In this document: positions 11,883-23,846 of the stretch, piece after piece
Layout: each line of letters opens with the position of its first letter
Position numbering within the stretch: position 1 is the stretch's first letter
Assembly (NCBI RefSeq): GCF_964188315.1
Contig: NC_135657.1
Coordinates: forward strand, 38,564,001 to 38,628,000
Direction: 5' to 3'
DNA: 64,000 bases
Source of the DNA: Podarcis muralis
Lineage: Eukaryota
Program-made: the position numbers and the translations under genes
Notes under the pieces: generated by a model
What the model saw: the letters and a program-made list of their open reading frames with translations, nothing else
What the model was told of the DNA's origin: nothing
Database searches by the model: none

Positions 11883-12020
11883 TCACAGAATTGTAGAGTT
11901 GGAAGGTATCTCCAAGGGCCATCTAGTCCAATCCTTTTCAGTGCAGGAATCTCAACACAGAGTCTTCCATTCAATTTGAAACCGTACCAGACCCTGCTTA
12001 GCTTTGCCAATGTGCTAGAA
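11883..12020 (-). mobile_element. CR1-type 3' end fragment
   Basis: CAGAATTGTAGAGTTGGAAGG...CCATCTAGTCCAA...GCAGGAATC, the reverse complement of a CR1 3' terminus. Confidence 0.6.
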
Positions 12021-12048
12021 GTTTTATTGCTGCACCACTGCAATGAAA

Positions 12049-12276
12049 ACAACAACAACAATTTATTATTTGTACCCCCGCCTATCTGGCTGGGTTTCCC
12101 CAGCCACTCTGGGCGGCTTCCAACAAAGATTAAAAATACGTTAAAACATCACTCATTAAAAACTTCCCTAAACAGGGCTGCCTTCAGGTGTCTTCAAAAC
12201 ATCAGTTGTTTATCTCTTTGACATCTGATGGGAGGGCGTTCCACAGGGCAGACACCACTACTGAGAAGGCCCTCTG
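12049..12276 (-). mobile_element. L2-like LINE 3' end
   Basis: Simple-repeat tail followed by TTTATTATTTGTACCCCCGCC...GGGCGGCTTCCAAC...GGGAGGGCGTTCCACAGGG...GAGAAGGCCCT, typical of squamate L2 3' ends. Confidence 0.6.
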
Positions 12277-12317
12277 TTAGAGTCAAACATTAACAATAAA
12301 ACAATAATTTTAAAGTA

Positions 12318-12483
12318 CCGTATTTTTCAGTCTATAAGACGCCCCCATTTTTAAGATTCCCCGTATTTTGGGGGACTCAAATTTAAGAAAATGGGGGGAG
12401 ATGTATCCGTGTATAAGATGCCCCCTAATTTTTGACATTATTTTTTAGGAAGAAAACCTAGTCTTATACACGTAAAAATACGG
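12318..12483. mobile_element. Tc1/mariner (Tc2/pogo-like) MITE
   Basis: TIRs CCGTATTTTTCAGTCTATAAGAC / GTCTTATACACGTAAAAATACGG flanked by TA on both sides. Confidence 0.85.
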
Positions 12484-13723
12484 TAATAGGGAACAAAAAT
12501 ATGGACTGCAAACATTTTCCATTGTATGAGAATAAGTTCTTGCATATGGCATATTTACCAACCATTGTGAATGTATTTATTTCTGATGTCTGTGAGAAAT
12601 ACATTCTTAGGAGAAAAGAGGTCAAATACCATTGTAGGCATTTATTTTAATTCCTTCTTCAATCCATTTTTAACTAGAGGAGCTATAACTTTGTGGTTTC
12701 ATCTTATTGAAGCACAGGAAAACCATTCCCACAGGTGGGATCCTTAAAGATTTTATTGTGTGGTGAACCTGGAGTTGTGCCACTTCCTGCTACTGAATTG
12801 CAGGCCAAGGAGCTGGAGAGCAGAAACTTCCAGCAAAGCTAGAGATAGTGATGGGAAAAGAGGTGACGGCTGTTTATAGCAACTCAGAGAATAAAAAAGC
12901 ACTGTAATATCCTTTTCCCTGCAAAATTTCTCCTTTAGAAGCAGTAGGCTGAAAAATAAAAGTCTTCCAAATACAAATATGAGCTGTTCATTGTGTTTTT
13001 GTGACCCTGTGCAGTTACATACATGTAAGACAATGGAAATCAATGACACCTGTGAAGACAGTCTTATTTTACCTGCAGAACTACCTGGGATAGATAAGGG
13101 TTAAATCTGTTTCTTCCCCTCCCTTGCCATATTCTTCTCCTGTTGTAGGCAGGTTCTATTCTTGGCATCTTCCCTTAAAAGGCTTTTAAGTAGCAGAGCA
13201 AGGAAAGATCCCTGCCTCAGACCTTGTCAAGCCATCGGTGTTTGAAGTCGTAGACATGGGGCTGCTTGGATTAAATGGTCTGACGCAATATTTCATTCTT
13301 TGTATGTTCACAAAAATGTTCCTAAGTTCAGATGGGTACAGGTATGTGCCCCCCCCCTTCAGTATTTAATGTGCTACTCTTTGTGGGGAATATTTCTGCC
13401 AACTCCTTCATGTTCAAGAGGGAACAAAGACCCTTGACTTTTGTGGTTCATTGTATAATGAATGCTTTGTGGTATAAGAGAGTTCCCAAGAGAGAAACTG
13501 GCTGTTCATGAATTTCTCGAGTGGGCATTGTAAACAAAAAGTGGGAACTGCTTTGAGGCCCTAGTTTGGCACTGAGGTTGGGCAGGTTTCCCTTGCAGAT
13601 CTCAATGTGTACAGGTGCACATTTCCTTAGATGCTGTGCATAGTAAGTTTCTGTCCCACAGGCCAGTACACTTTCTGGAACCGTCTTCAAATGTGTTACT
13701 CTTCATTCATATGCACCAATTAA

Positions 13724-14225
13724 TTGTTGTTTAGTCGTGTCTGACTCTTTGTGACCCCATGGACCAGAGCACACCAGGCACTCCTGTCTTCCATTGCCTC
13801 CTGCAGTTTGGTCAAACTCATGTTCATAGCTTCAAGAACACTGTCCAACCATCTCGTCCTCTGTCGTCCCCTTCTCCCTGTGCCCTCAATTTTTCCCAAC
13901 ATCAGGGTCTTTTCCAGGGAGTCTTCTCTTCTCATGAGGTGGCTAAAGTATTGGAGCCTCAGCTTCAGGATCTGTCCTCCCAGTGAGCACTTAGGGCTGA
14001 TTTCCTTAAGAATGGATAGGTTTGATCATCTTGCAGTCCACGGGACTCTCAAGAGTCTCCTCCAGCACCATAATTCAAAAGCATCAATTCTTTGGCGATC
14101 AGCCTTCTTTATGGTCCAGCTCTCACTTCCATACATCACTACTGGGAAAACCATAGTTTTAACTATACAGACCTTTGTTGGCAAGGTGATGTTTCTGCTT
14201 TTTAAGATGCTGTCTAGGTTTGTCA
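13724..14225 (-). mobile_element. Bov-B (RTE) LINE 3' fragment
   Basis: Minus translations TNLDSILKSRNITLPTKVCIVKTMVFPVVMYGSESWTIKKADRQRIDAFELWCWRRLLRVPWTAR and DSLEKTLMLGKIEG...RRGRQRTRWLD, with a (CAA)n tail. Characteristic Bov-B sequence. Confidence 0.93.
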
Positions 14226-14303
14226 AAAATCTGCGGCTGTAGTCTGTCTGGCTTTATGTTGCCATTTTGCATATTTGCCCTCTTCAGATATGCCAGACCT
14301 GGA

Positions 14304-14452
14304 AACATAGGCAACTATTGGTCCCTCTAGCTTAGACGGGCAGTAGTTGCCCAGGATTTCAGAGAGAGGGATTGTTCAACCCTCCTTGGAGAGATTAAGG
14401 AACTGAACATAGGTCCCTTGTGTGCAAACCATGTGCTCCTTCACTGAGCTAT
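14304..14452 (-). mobile_element. Old tRNA-derived SINE (family also at 29018, 40762, 63437)
   Basis: Reverse-oriented head ATAGCTCAGTG..GAGCACATGGTTTGCACA and a CCTATGTT tail. Confidence 0.55.
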
Positions 14453-16455
14453 GTACAAGCTTTTACAGATCAAATAGGTTTGTGCTGCTTTAATTCCTAT
14501 ATCTGGCTTTATATCATGGAGGCAGAAGGATGCAGCAGAAGTCAACAACTTCAGCCAGCCCTTGGGCTCCACTTGGGCTAAGATGGAGACTTATGGGTCC
14601 CATGGAATAGGCATGGTGCATGAATGTTGGTGCTTCAAAGCCATCAAGCATTCTCTAGTTGTTTCTCCTTTTGAATGAAGACAGTAATTCACTGATGGCA
14701 AAAACTTTATTATTTCCCACACACTGAAAGCTGAAGGGGGGCAGGAGGTGGTTCTAAAATTGAGGTTTTCAAATTTTGCTGCAGTGGTTTTCTCAGCTTG
14801 AGTCATAACTCAGATTGAGGATCTAGTCTGTAATTGTTTTTCATCTCAACCTAGAAGCAAGCAGATCTCAAGGAAGGGGTCATGTGTGAGGGTACCACAT
14901 GCTCTGAGTTGCTAAAGAGGAAATGGGTGTTAAAAATAAACAAATGCCATAGTGGGTTCTCAAGGCCTGTTCTGTTTGAGTCAGCATTCTGGTTTCTTTC
15001 ACAGTACAATTAAAAGTTATATAGAAACAATTATGTATATAAATACAATTTCTAATCCAACACCAACTGGGTTCCAAAGAGTAGGTGCCACAACACTAAA
15101 GGCCCAATTCAGACATCATACAGAATCGACCTCCTGATAAGAAGGCCACCCAGTTCTTTAAAAAAAACTAACAATGACTATTTTTATATAAAGGGTTGTC
15201 ATAAATGAACTGCTTCTAAGAGATAAAAAATTCATAAATTTACCAGAAGTGGTGGTGATATTGAGAACTGAGATATGGAAATATGTTTTCTGATCAACAA
15301 ATCTGACATCTCATTTGGATGTGTTCCCTTAATTTGTCTGGTTAATCCCTGTTTTTAATAAAAAATAATTGCTTTTCCTTTCTGAGAAAGTGCTCAGAAG
15401 TCACTTATGGATTCTCACCAACCAGACTCCCTTTCTCTAATCCTTTCCTCTTTATTAGACGAGGCAAAAAAGAAGCAAAACTCCAGGAAAACCTGTCAGA
15501 CTAGTATCTAATTAGCAGAAGTCTCTTGTGAGAAATTAACATTCTAGTAGAGAAGCCAGCTTCAAATCCTTATTAGGTCCCCTAAGTACCAGATACTGTA
15601 GTTTAAGAATCCCTTGCTTGCCTTCTGAACAATGTTCGGTCATTTGGTGTATAAATTTTTGTAGCTAAAAAAAAAAAAAAAGTATTTCAGAAAATTATTT
15701 GACTGAAGGATCACCCAGCGTGTGTTTTATCTCGCTGTAAAAATAAACAAATAATTGTATGGCTTTACAAATACTGAATGAGTAAACATTACTTGTAATA
15801 GTAAGCCATGATGGTAACAGTTCAGGAAGCCTTTGGAGTCTTAACAGTGGAGGCCTATCCATTTTACTTAGAAGTAAGCCTCATGGACTTTAGTGGGACT
15901 TGCTTCCAATGAAATATATATAAGCTGGCCTCTCTGTATACAATTCTTTCACAGTTTAGAGGGAAGACAGAAAAACCCACAAGACCAGTTCCTTCCTTAT
16001 CAGCATCTGGTTTCTGTGAGGAATCAACCTTCACATTGAAATGGGCTCACTCTCCCCCCATCCCAACCCCCTGTTTGTGAGATGGCTTCTTTCTGTTCAC
16101 CCTAGAACACTTCCCAGAATCCTCTGCAATTCTTATCACACACTAGCAATTCCTTAGTAGATAAGCTGGTGTGGAAAGCTACTTTCTGAAGGGCAAAAGT
16201 TTGAAAATATTTGCATTTCTTGGGTTGCTTTATATATAAAAAAGCTGTCCTTTGACCCTCTCATGCTATCCACTGTTGATTTAAATGTACTAAACTGCCT
16301 TTGTGGTAGCGTATTTAGAGTTGTTGGCTTTAAACAGCATTTTGAGTGTGAGGGAGGTCATAGTGACGGCACATGTTTCTGAACATGATAGTCCTTGATT
16401 GGGACCGCTACCGTTGGTCTGACTTGTTATTGCCTTCGTACTTATCTTTCGGCAG

Positions 16456-16819
16456 CATCAGCGGCGCGTGCAGTGCAATACAGAAGATGACCCGTGTGCG
16501 AGTTGTAGATAACAGCGCCTTGGGAAACACTCCGTACCACCGGCCTCCAAAATGCATCCATGTCTACAACAAGAACGGAGTGGGCAAAGTCGGCGACAAG
16601 ATCCTTCTGGCTATCAAAGGGGAGAAGAAAAAGGCTCTAATCGTTGGCCACAAGATGCCGGGCCCTCGCATGACTCCCAGGTTTGATTCTAACAACGTGG
16701 TGCTCATTGAAGACAACGGGAACCCAGTAGGGACGAGAATCAAAACCCCAATTCCCTCTCTGCTGAGGAAGCGGCAAGAATTCTCAAAAGTGTTGGCCAT
16801 TGCCCAGAACTTCGTGTGA
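16456..16819 (+). CDS. MRPL14: MRPL14 last coding exon (39S ribosomal protein L14, mitochondrial; uL14 family)
   Basis: Acceptor CTTATCTTTCGGCAG| at 16455/16456. Translation [114 protein letters not shown] closely matches the vertebrate MRPL14 sequence I recall. Confidence 0.97.
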
Positions 16820-16886
16820 CAAGTAAGCGAACATCCAGTTAAGTAGTACTGTCCCATCCCAGCTGCTTTAAACCCTTCTGAACCTA

Positions 16887-16892
16887 AATAAA
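16887..16892 (+). terminator. MRPL14: Polyadenylation signal of MRPL14
   Basis: AATAAA about 70 nt after the stop codon. Confidence 0.7.
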
Positions 16893-18210
16893 ACAAGGGG
16901 AAGTTTCACATCAGCATATGGGTTGAAAACACGTCAAGATTTCTTTTTGAAAGCCATATTGTTGCCCTTTTCAGTGACAGTTGCGACATGATATGATTAA
17001 AGCTCAAGATTGTTAATCCAGCTTGTTTTGCGTGGCTGATGCCTTGGGGGAGGGCAGGGCGAAGCAGAAGGGTTAGGGAAGGCAGAATATGTGATATGAC
17101 CCAATTGGAGGAGCAGACTAGCTAATATCCTGTGCTAATCTCCCGATTTGTCCTGTCTGTGTTCTTTCTCTCTTTTTCTTTCTTTCTTAAACCAGAACAT
17201 TTGTCAATATTGATAAATATTGAGATTGTCCAGGCTCCAACCAGCAAAAACAAAATACATAACTGACTGTCTAACAAAACATTAAGCCAGTAGTTTTGTT
17301 CAAGAGCAACAGAAAGGAAATAAGAAAAAAACGAAAACCCCACAAAGGGTGGTATCCAATGCCGTCTGTTGGTTGATGAAAGGAATCCATCAGTGGATTG
17401 GGGGAGGGATTTCCAGGGCTCCCCCCTTCTTCAGTCCTTGCCAAATAATTCTAGATTCTGTGAAATACTGAAAGCAGAATCAGTTACGAACAATTAATAC
17501 ATGCAAATGTGGTGTGCACGCTTCTGAGTGACAAAATGGGACTGTGTCAGTGACTTGGCAGGTGGCATTCCATTTTACTTTGTTTCAGTGGATGAAATCC
17601 AGAGTAATTTCAGAACACACTGACCTCATGGATTTCAGTGGCATACAAGTGTATGTTTGCAGTTGTCCCCCACCCCCAGTGCCCCAGTGTTGCCTGGCGA
17701 CAAGTCATTTGATATTTAGTACACCCCATGAACAAAAGTTTGCGGTGGATAACAACATTGAGAACGGAATAAATATTCTCTAGCAGTGGTGAGATTGTGT
17801 TATGTCCCCGTGGCTCTTGCATATGTGAAAATTAAAATGCTTGAATGTGAGAAAAATGCTACTAAAAAATAATACCCTGCCTTCAAGATGTGATGCCATT
17901 GTGTGAGAACCAAGGATGAAAGATCTGCTTTTTATGTTGCTCCTATGGTGAACATTGAAGATTTCTCCCCTCTTTGTGCCATCTGGTGGTGACTTATGGG
18001 ATACATATAAATCCACAGCCTGTATGTGTCTGTCAAGCGCAACACCCCTGTATTATATTGCATATGAAAAATGCTCTTTCCCCCCTCCACTCACTATGTA
18101 TATCAAAGTAAAGCAGGGGCGAAGAACTTTTTTGGCTTGGCAGGCCGAATCTTGTATCTCCCTCCATCCTGCAGATCAACCTTAACAGCAGGGTGGGGTC
18201 ACTCATCTGA

Positions 18211-18347
18211 CATAGAATTATAGGGTTGGAAAGGACCCTGAGGATCGTATAGTCCAACCCTCTGCAATGCAGGAATATGCAGCTGTCCCTTACGGGGATT
18301 GAATCTGCCACCTTTGTGTTATCAGCACCATGCTCTAACTGAGCTAT
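18211..18347 (-). mobile_element. tRNA-derived SINE with CR1-type tail (Squam2-like, name tentative)
   Basis: Minus strand: A box TAGCTCAGTTAGAGC, B box GATTCAATCC, then CCTTTCCAACCCTATAATTCTATG tail. Same family at 61277 and, partially, 28505-28600. Confidence 0.75.
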
Positions 18348-20574
18348 TATCATCATCATTTATTTGTATGCCGCCTTTCCACAAAAAGAGTCATGCTCAA
18401 CAGCAGCTTACAACAAAGAAAAATGGGAATACATTTCAAAATCAACCATTGCAAGAAAAATTTCATAACATAATAAAACAACATAATAGCGAATATAACA
18501 ACACACAACCTGCCCCACCCCAGTAACATTTCAGTACTACAAACAAGAGTGTATTAACAACATTACCCTTCCTGTCAATGGCAACAATAACAAGGGAGCT
18601 TGATAGTTTCACCTTGGTCCTATCAAGAAAACCCTCTCCCACCCGCTGCAGCAACTTGCAAGACTTCCGAAGGCAGGGGGTGGGATAGGCTTCTACACAC
18701 CTGCCAAGTTGACCTGTGGTGGTGGGAGGGGTCTGCTTCACCATGTTCCCTGCAGGAAATGCGCTGGCAAAGCAGCACCCAGCAGGTCTGAACTCTGTTC
18801 ATCAGCTGATGAGCAGAGGGGTCAACTGTGCACTCTGCTCTGCCAGCTTATTCACACCGGGAAGCTCCTGGCAAAGCATCACCCAGGAGGATTGAACCCC
18901 TTCGCCCACCAGCTGATGTCACCCCATGTCATCAGTTGATAGGTGGGCATGGTTTGGGGGAAATGGCCTCATGGGCCAAAGTGGCAAGTCAAAACCAGCC
19001 CACAGGACAGAGTTTCCTCACTTCTTCCTTTAAAGGAATGATGACAATATTTTCCTGCTACTTGTATTTTAAATCATTACCGTATGCCCACCATGGCTGT
19101 TTCATTTGTTCAAACTATCTCCCCCTAGCTGAAATGTATATTAAGGCCAGATATGTATCACTGGTAAAGGGGCCTATGGGAGAGGCTAGATTCAACTGAC
19201 TTTCTTAATAAATCTGAGTTCTGAAGCCATGTGTTTTACTGCAAAGCCTTGTGTTGCTTATGAAAGCCTCAGGAATATAGAAGGCAGGCTTGTACCCAAG
19301 CTACATCATCGGTCTATGCAGTTCAGTATTGTCTGTATCAGGGATGGGCAGACTTGAGGTTTGTGGTAACTGCTTTTTGCTAGAACCCGAAGGTCCACCA
19401 ACTGGAGCAAAATACACTAAGAATTAAGGTTCCTCTGAGCACGTGCACAGCCCAGGAATTTGTGATCTGTGCCAGAAACAAGGTCATACAAACTTCCATG
19501 CAAAATTTCAGTTTTGGATTCCCCCCGTTCTTCTTTTCAGCAAGGTAGGTTCTATGCTGACTATCTGGATCTTTGAATGAAAATGGCAGGGGTTGCAGGT
19601 GCCCACTTTGACCCTTCACAGCATTGGGCAGCTGGAATAGCACTGTGGAGGAAGGGCATAACCTTGGCACTGTCCCTGACAGACTAATAGCTGTTTGGAT
19701 GCTCATTCACTCTTGTCTCTTCTTGACTACAGCATTGACTTAATTATTATTAATGGTTTGTTTCAAGTGTTTCCATACCATAACAAGCAACATTTGTGCC
19801 CTTTCCCTCAACTTCCACCTGTGCCTATCTACAAGGTGGACTTTAGTTACAGAATAGTGTTGCTCACATCCATGACGCAGATGAAATATCAGTAGAGAAC
19901 CTTTATGGCATATTAATGCACCAAAAACAGGAATATAATAAGAATAGTTGAGGCAACCCTCCCCCTCCATTTTGGTCTGAACTCCACGCTCTGCTTCATT
20001 CTTACACGCTTCCTTACAGTGCTTAAAATGCCCACCAAATCTTTTAACAACATCCATAAATCCGTATTGTTTTTTGGAAGTTGGAATGTGTTTCGGAATA
20101 ATGTGGCTGGTTTGAACTGTACGTTGCTCTGAATCGGGCGAGGTTTTGTTAGGGTTTTCTGTGTAAGTTATGAGTAGTCGCTTAATCTACCTCAGAGGTT
20201 CTCAAGCTTTCGAAGCTCAGGGCCCACTTGACATAACTGAAGGCTCCTGAGGCCCTCTAGCCTCAAAATGGTGGTTCAGAAACAAAGTTAGTCACAAACT
20301 GATGGCACATGGAGGCAGAGTTTGGCATGATGAGCTGGCAGTTACTGACCTCACTTTCTATGGATATCTCCGGAAACTGCTAAATTCTGTGCCTTAACAT
20401 TTTCCTTGTGGCAGGGGGTTCCTAGCTCAGCTTTCTTCATGCTAAGTACGGACAAATTTCTCAGGAGTTATTTTTACTCATCTTCCGAATTTTACCCAGA
20501 ATTTGCACTTGGGGACTCTTAGTGGAGCAGTCTCTCTCACACACACCCAGCACATGCTTCAACTTTGGAATTTA

Positions 20575-20872
20575 CTACCACAAGATGTCGCGATGGCTAC
20601 CAGCTTGGGCAGTTTTAAAAGGAGAATTAGACGAATTCATGGAGGATGAGGCTCTTGGTGGCTACTGGTTGTGGTGGCTGTGCTTTGCCTCCAGAATCAG
20701 ATGTGTCCATGCCTCTTAATATCGGTCACTGGTGAATAACATCTGGAGAGAACGATCCTGTTTACGTCTTGCTTGTGAGCGTCCCATAAGTATCTGGTTG
20801 GCCACAGTGAGACCGGAATGCTGGATCAGATAGATCTTTGGTCTGATATAGCAGGGTTTTTCTTACGTTCTT
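20575..20872 (+). mobile_element. CR1 3' end fragment
   Basis: AAAAGGAGAATTAGACGAATTCATGGAGGA...ATCTGGTTGGCCACAGTGAGA...TTCTTACGTTCTT. Related ends at ~27330-27480, 61201-61276 (-) and 62945-63045. Confidence 0.7.
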
Positions 20873-21884
20873 TCTGCAGAAAATATTTTTGATACTATAT
20901 AAACCTACTTTCGCTTACTGAAAATTTGGACTAAAAAGAAAGAAAAACCCTCCAAAGGCCCATTATCACTAACACAAGGACCCAGGTCAGACCACCACTT
21001 GGGATTAGAAAAAAAGCTGTTCAACATGCCCATTTCATTATTAAAATTTGGGTCGTGCATTTCTTCAGAGCTGAATAGCTCCTGCTGTTGACCAATTAAG
21101 CTAAAAATCTTATATCTCTCCTATAGAGCTGGTGAGCAGGGGAATAGGGCACGACAATAGAACATGCTACTTTAATCCTAACAGAGAAAGACGTTTGATT
21201 TGTAATATTTTGAACAAATCCTTAACCTGGGAACTCAATATAAATAGGTATTACAAGACAGCTCAGCAAATATTTTCCTGTTGGGGGGGCCACCTACAGT
21301 TTTCATCAGTATTGCTTTGGAAAGAGGCACGATGCAGGGGAATGCTTGAAAACAAATAAGTGCACTCCCTAAGAAGAAGAGAGAATTGCAGAGGTAGTGC
21401 TTTCTAACTCTGGCTGAGTACAGGAGACTGGTCTGTCTACAGCTGAGAGCCTCTGATTACATACACTGCTTAGAGATTTTTGAAATATTAAGTGGTTGGA
21501 AATGCTTTGGAAATGCTTTTAAATAAATATATATATATATCTGGGCGGTGGAGATGGCTCAAGGCTGTTCCCATGCAGCCCCCCCCCCAACCTTGAGGAT
21601 CTCAGATTATTTTGGGCAGGGGGAATATGGGGCAAATAATTGTTGTGAATATGCTTTTTAAGCCAGTGAGATTTCTCCCTCACCATCCTTATCCCATTTA
21701 GGTTTGTTATGTGTCTGTCAATACTGGATTAAGGCTACTGTTCCTGTAGGAGTAAGAAGATAGTGACTCCCATTGCTCCAGAGAAATAAAAAATCTCCTT
21801 ACAGTTTTAGTGTAAAGTGATGCCCTTGTACCACATGAAAGCATTCATTCTGAAATTCGTGAGTGTAAAGACATCCTATGATTA

Positions 21885-21899
21885 CCACAAGAGGGCAGC
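21885..21899 (+). promoter_or_regulatory. CTCF-like motif
   Basis: CCACAAGAGGGCAGC fits the CCASYAGRKGGCRS consensus with one mismatch. Confidence 0.5.
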
Positions 21900-22946
21900 T
21901 TGGGTGTAGAAATAGCAGCTCTGCCTGAGTGGCAGAGAGGCTTTCTAAGAGATTGTGCTAATCCTGATTGACATTAAATAGCCAAAATCTACCTTTGTCA
22001 GCGCTTTCCCAAGCCACAGGCAACTGAGGAAGGACAAAGCCGCTGGAGCCTATGGGGAGAAATCTTAGACAGGGAGGCCTCCCGAGTCCAAGGGAAAGAA
22101 GCAACGGGTAGAGGTTGATAGTTTAAGTGGAAGACTGCCATAAACAGGCCAAGGGATAATCAAGTCTGCTGACAGCTTTTGACAGCAGCATCTCTTACCT
22201 ATGGTGTGATTGTGAGATTGTCAGAATAGCCTGGTACTAGTTAGGGTGGAGGAGATGTGAAGCGTTATTCTTGCTCAGGGACCCCTACAGCAGTGCCTGT
22301 GGTTTATCCAGTAGCATTAGTAATACAGTCATTGTCAAAGTTTCCAGGTCCTGATAATGCTTTCTATAATCTTTTCAAATGCTGGTCTTTCTGTCCTTCA
22401 ACTTAAACAAACTTTAACTGCACTATTACTCTTTAGGGAGTAATAGCCCAGGGTGTTGAAAGTAAGATTTCTTTTTGAAAGCTGTACGTAACTAAACACC
22501 TATTCAAACGACCATTTACCAGTAGCGTCTGTGAAATGTACTGCATTGGTACATTAGCGATGAGAGAGTGTCAAGCTAACTAGTTTCCCAAGACAGGTGC
22601 TGGAGGCCACGCCAGAATGTCAACTTGGCAGCTGCAAGTTTGGTAGTCAAAGATGTTGATGTATTTATTTGGTTTTGTTTTTTTTTAATGCTGCACGTCC
22701 TCCCAAAGCAGCGCAGCAGCACAGTCAATGAAACAATCCAGCTTTTTTGAAAAACAGTTGAAAAGAAACACAATATCCTGACAACTAATAATTTAAAGTA
22801 GCCCAAACCAATTTTATTCAGCCTTGGTAAGCAAGAATGATTTTCAGCTCCACCTAAATGTTAACAACAAAGAGGGGGCAGTCATATGTCACCAGGGAGG
22901 GCACTCCATAAGTAGGAGGGGGCCACCGCTAAGAAGGCCCTGTCAT

Positions 22947-23333
22947 GGGCCACCAGATGGTGCTGTCGTCTAAACAACTGAGCCTCTTGGGCTTGCCAAT
23001 TGGAAGGTTGGCAGTTTGAATCCACATGACGGGGTGAGCTCCCATTGCTCTGTCCCAGCTCCTGCCAACCTAGCAGTTAGAAAGCATACCAGTGCAAGTA
23101 GATAAATAGGTACTGTTGTGGTGGGAAGGTAAACGGCGCTTCTGTGCACTCTGACACTTGTCACAGTGTCCCGTTGAGCCAGTTGTGGTTTAGTCATGCT
23201 GGCCACATGACCCGGAAAGCTGTCTGTGGACAAACGCCGGCTCCCTTGGCCTGAAGTGAGATGAGCACTGCAACCCCATAGTTGCCTTGACTTAACCATC
23301 TAGGGGTCCTTTACCTTTACCTTTTACCTTACC
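22947..23333 (+). mobile_element. Sauria SINE, older subfamily
   Basis: tRNA-related head, CCTGCCAACCTAGCAGTT and GCAAGTAGATAAATAGG body, (ACCTTT)n tail. Confidence 0.9.
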
Positions 23334-23398
23334 ATCCAAGCAGCACCCAGTGGTGGCACAACCAACAGGACCTCTGCTGCTGATTGTAAGGCTCAAAG

Positions 23399-23846
23399 TG
23401 GTTCATTCTGGGCACCACAATTTAAGGCAGATTTTGACAAGCTAGAACGTTTGCAGTGGAGGGCAGCTAAGATGATCAAGGGTCTTGAAACCAAGCCTTA
23501 TGAGGAACAATTGAGGGAGCTGAATATGCTTAGCCTGGAAAAGAGGAGACAGAGAGGCGATAGGATAGCCATATTCAAATATCTAAAGGGCTGTCACATG
23601 AAAGATGGAGCAAGCTTGTTTTCTCTTGCTCTGGAGGCTACGACCTGAACCAATGGCTTCAAGTTATAGGAAAGGAGATTCTGACTATACATCAGGAAGA
23701 ACTTTTCAGTGATAAGAACTCTTCAACAGTAGAATGGACTCTCTCTGAAGATGGTGGACTCTCCTTCCTTGGTGGTTTGAAGCAGAGGTTGGGTGGCCAT
23801 CAGTCATGGATGCTTTAGTTGAGATTCCTGCATTGCAGGGTGTAGA
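23399..23846 (+). mobile_element. CR1 LINE 3' fragment
   Basis: Translation RAAKMIKGLETKPYEEQLRELNMLSLEKRRQRGDRIAIFKYLKG, the CR1 ORF2 C-terminus, followed by a CR1 3'UTR. Confidence 0.92.

Noticed and set aside
16373-16455. N-terminal 27 aa of the 148-aa ORF ([13 protein letters not shown]...)
   Set aside because: This is intron sequence upstream of the acceptor at 16456 (branch-like CTGAC and pyrimidine tract). The true N-terminus is supplied by the exon at 10439.
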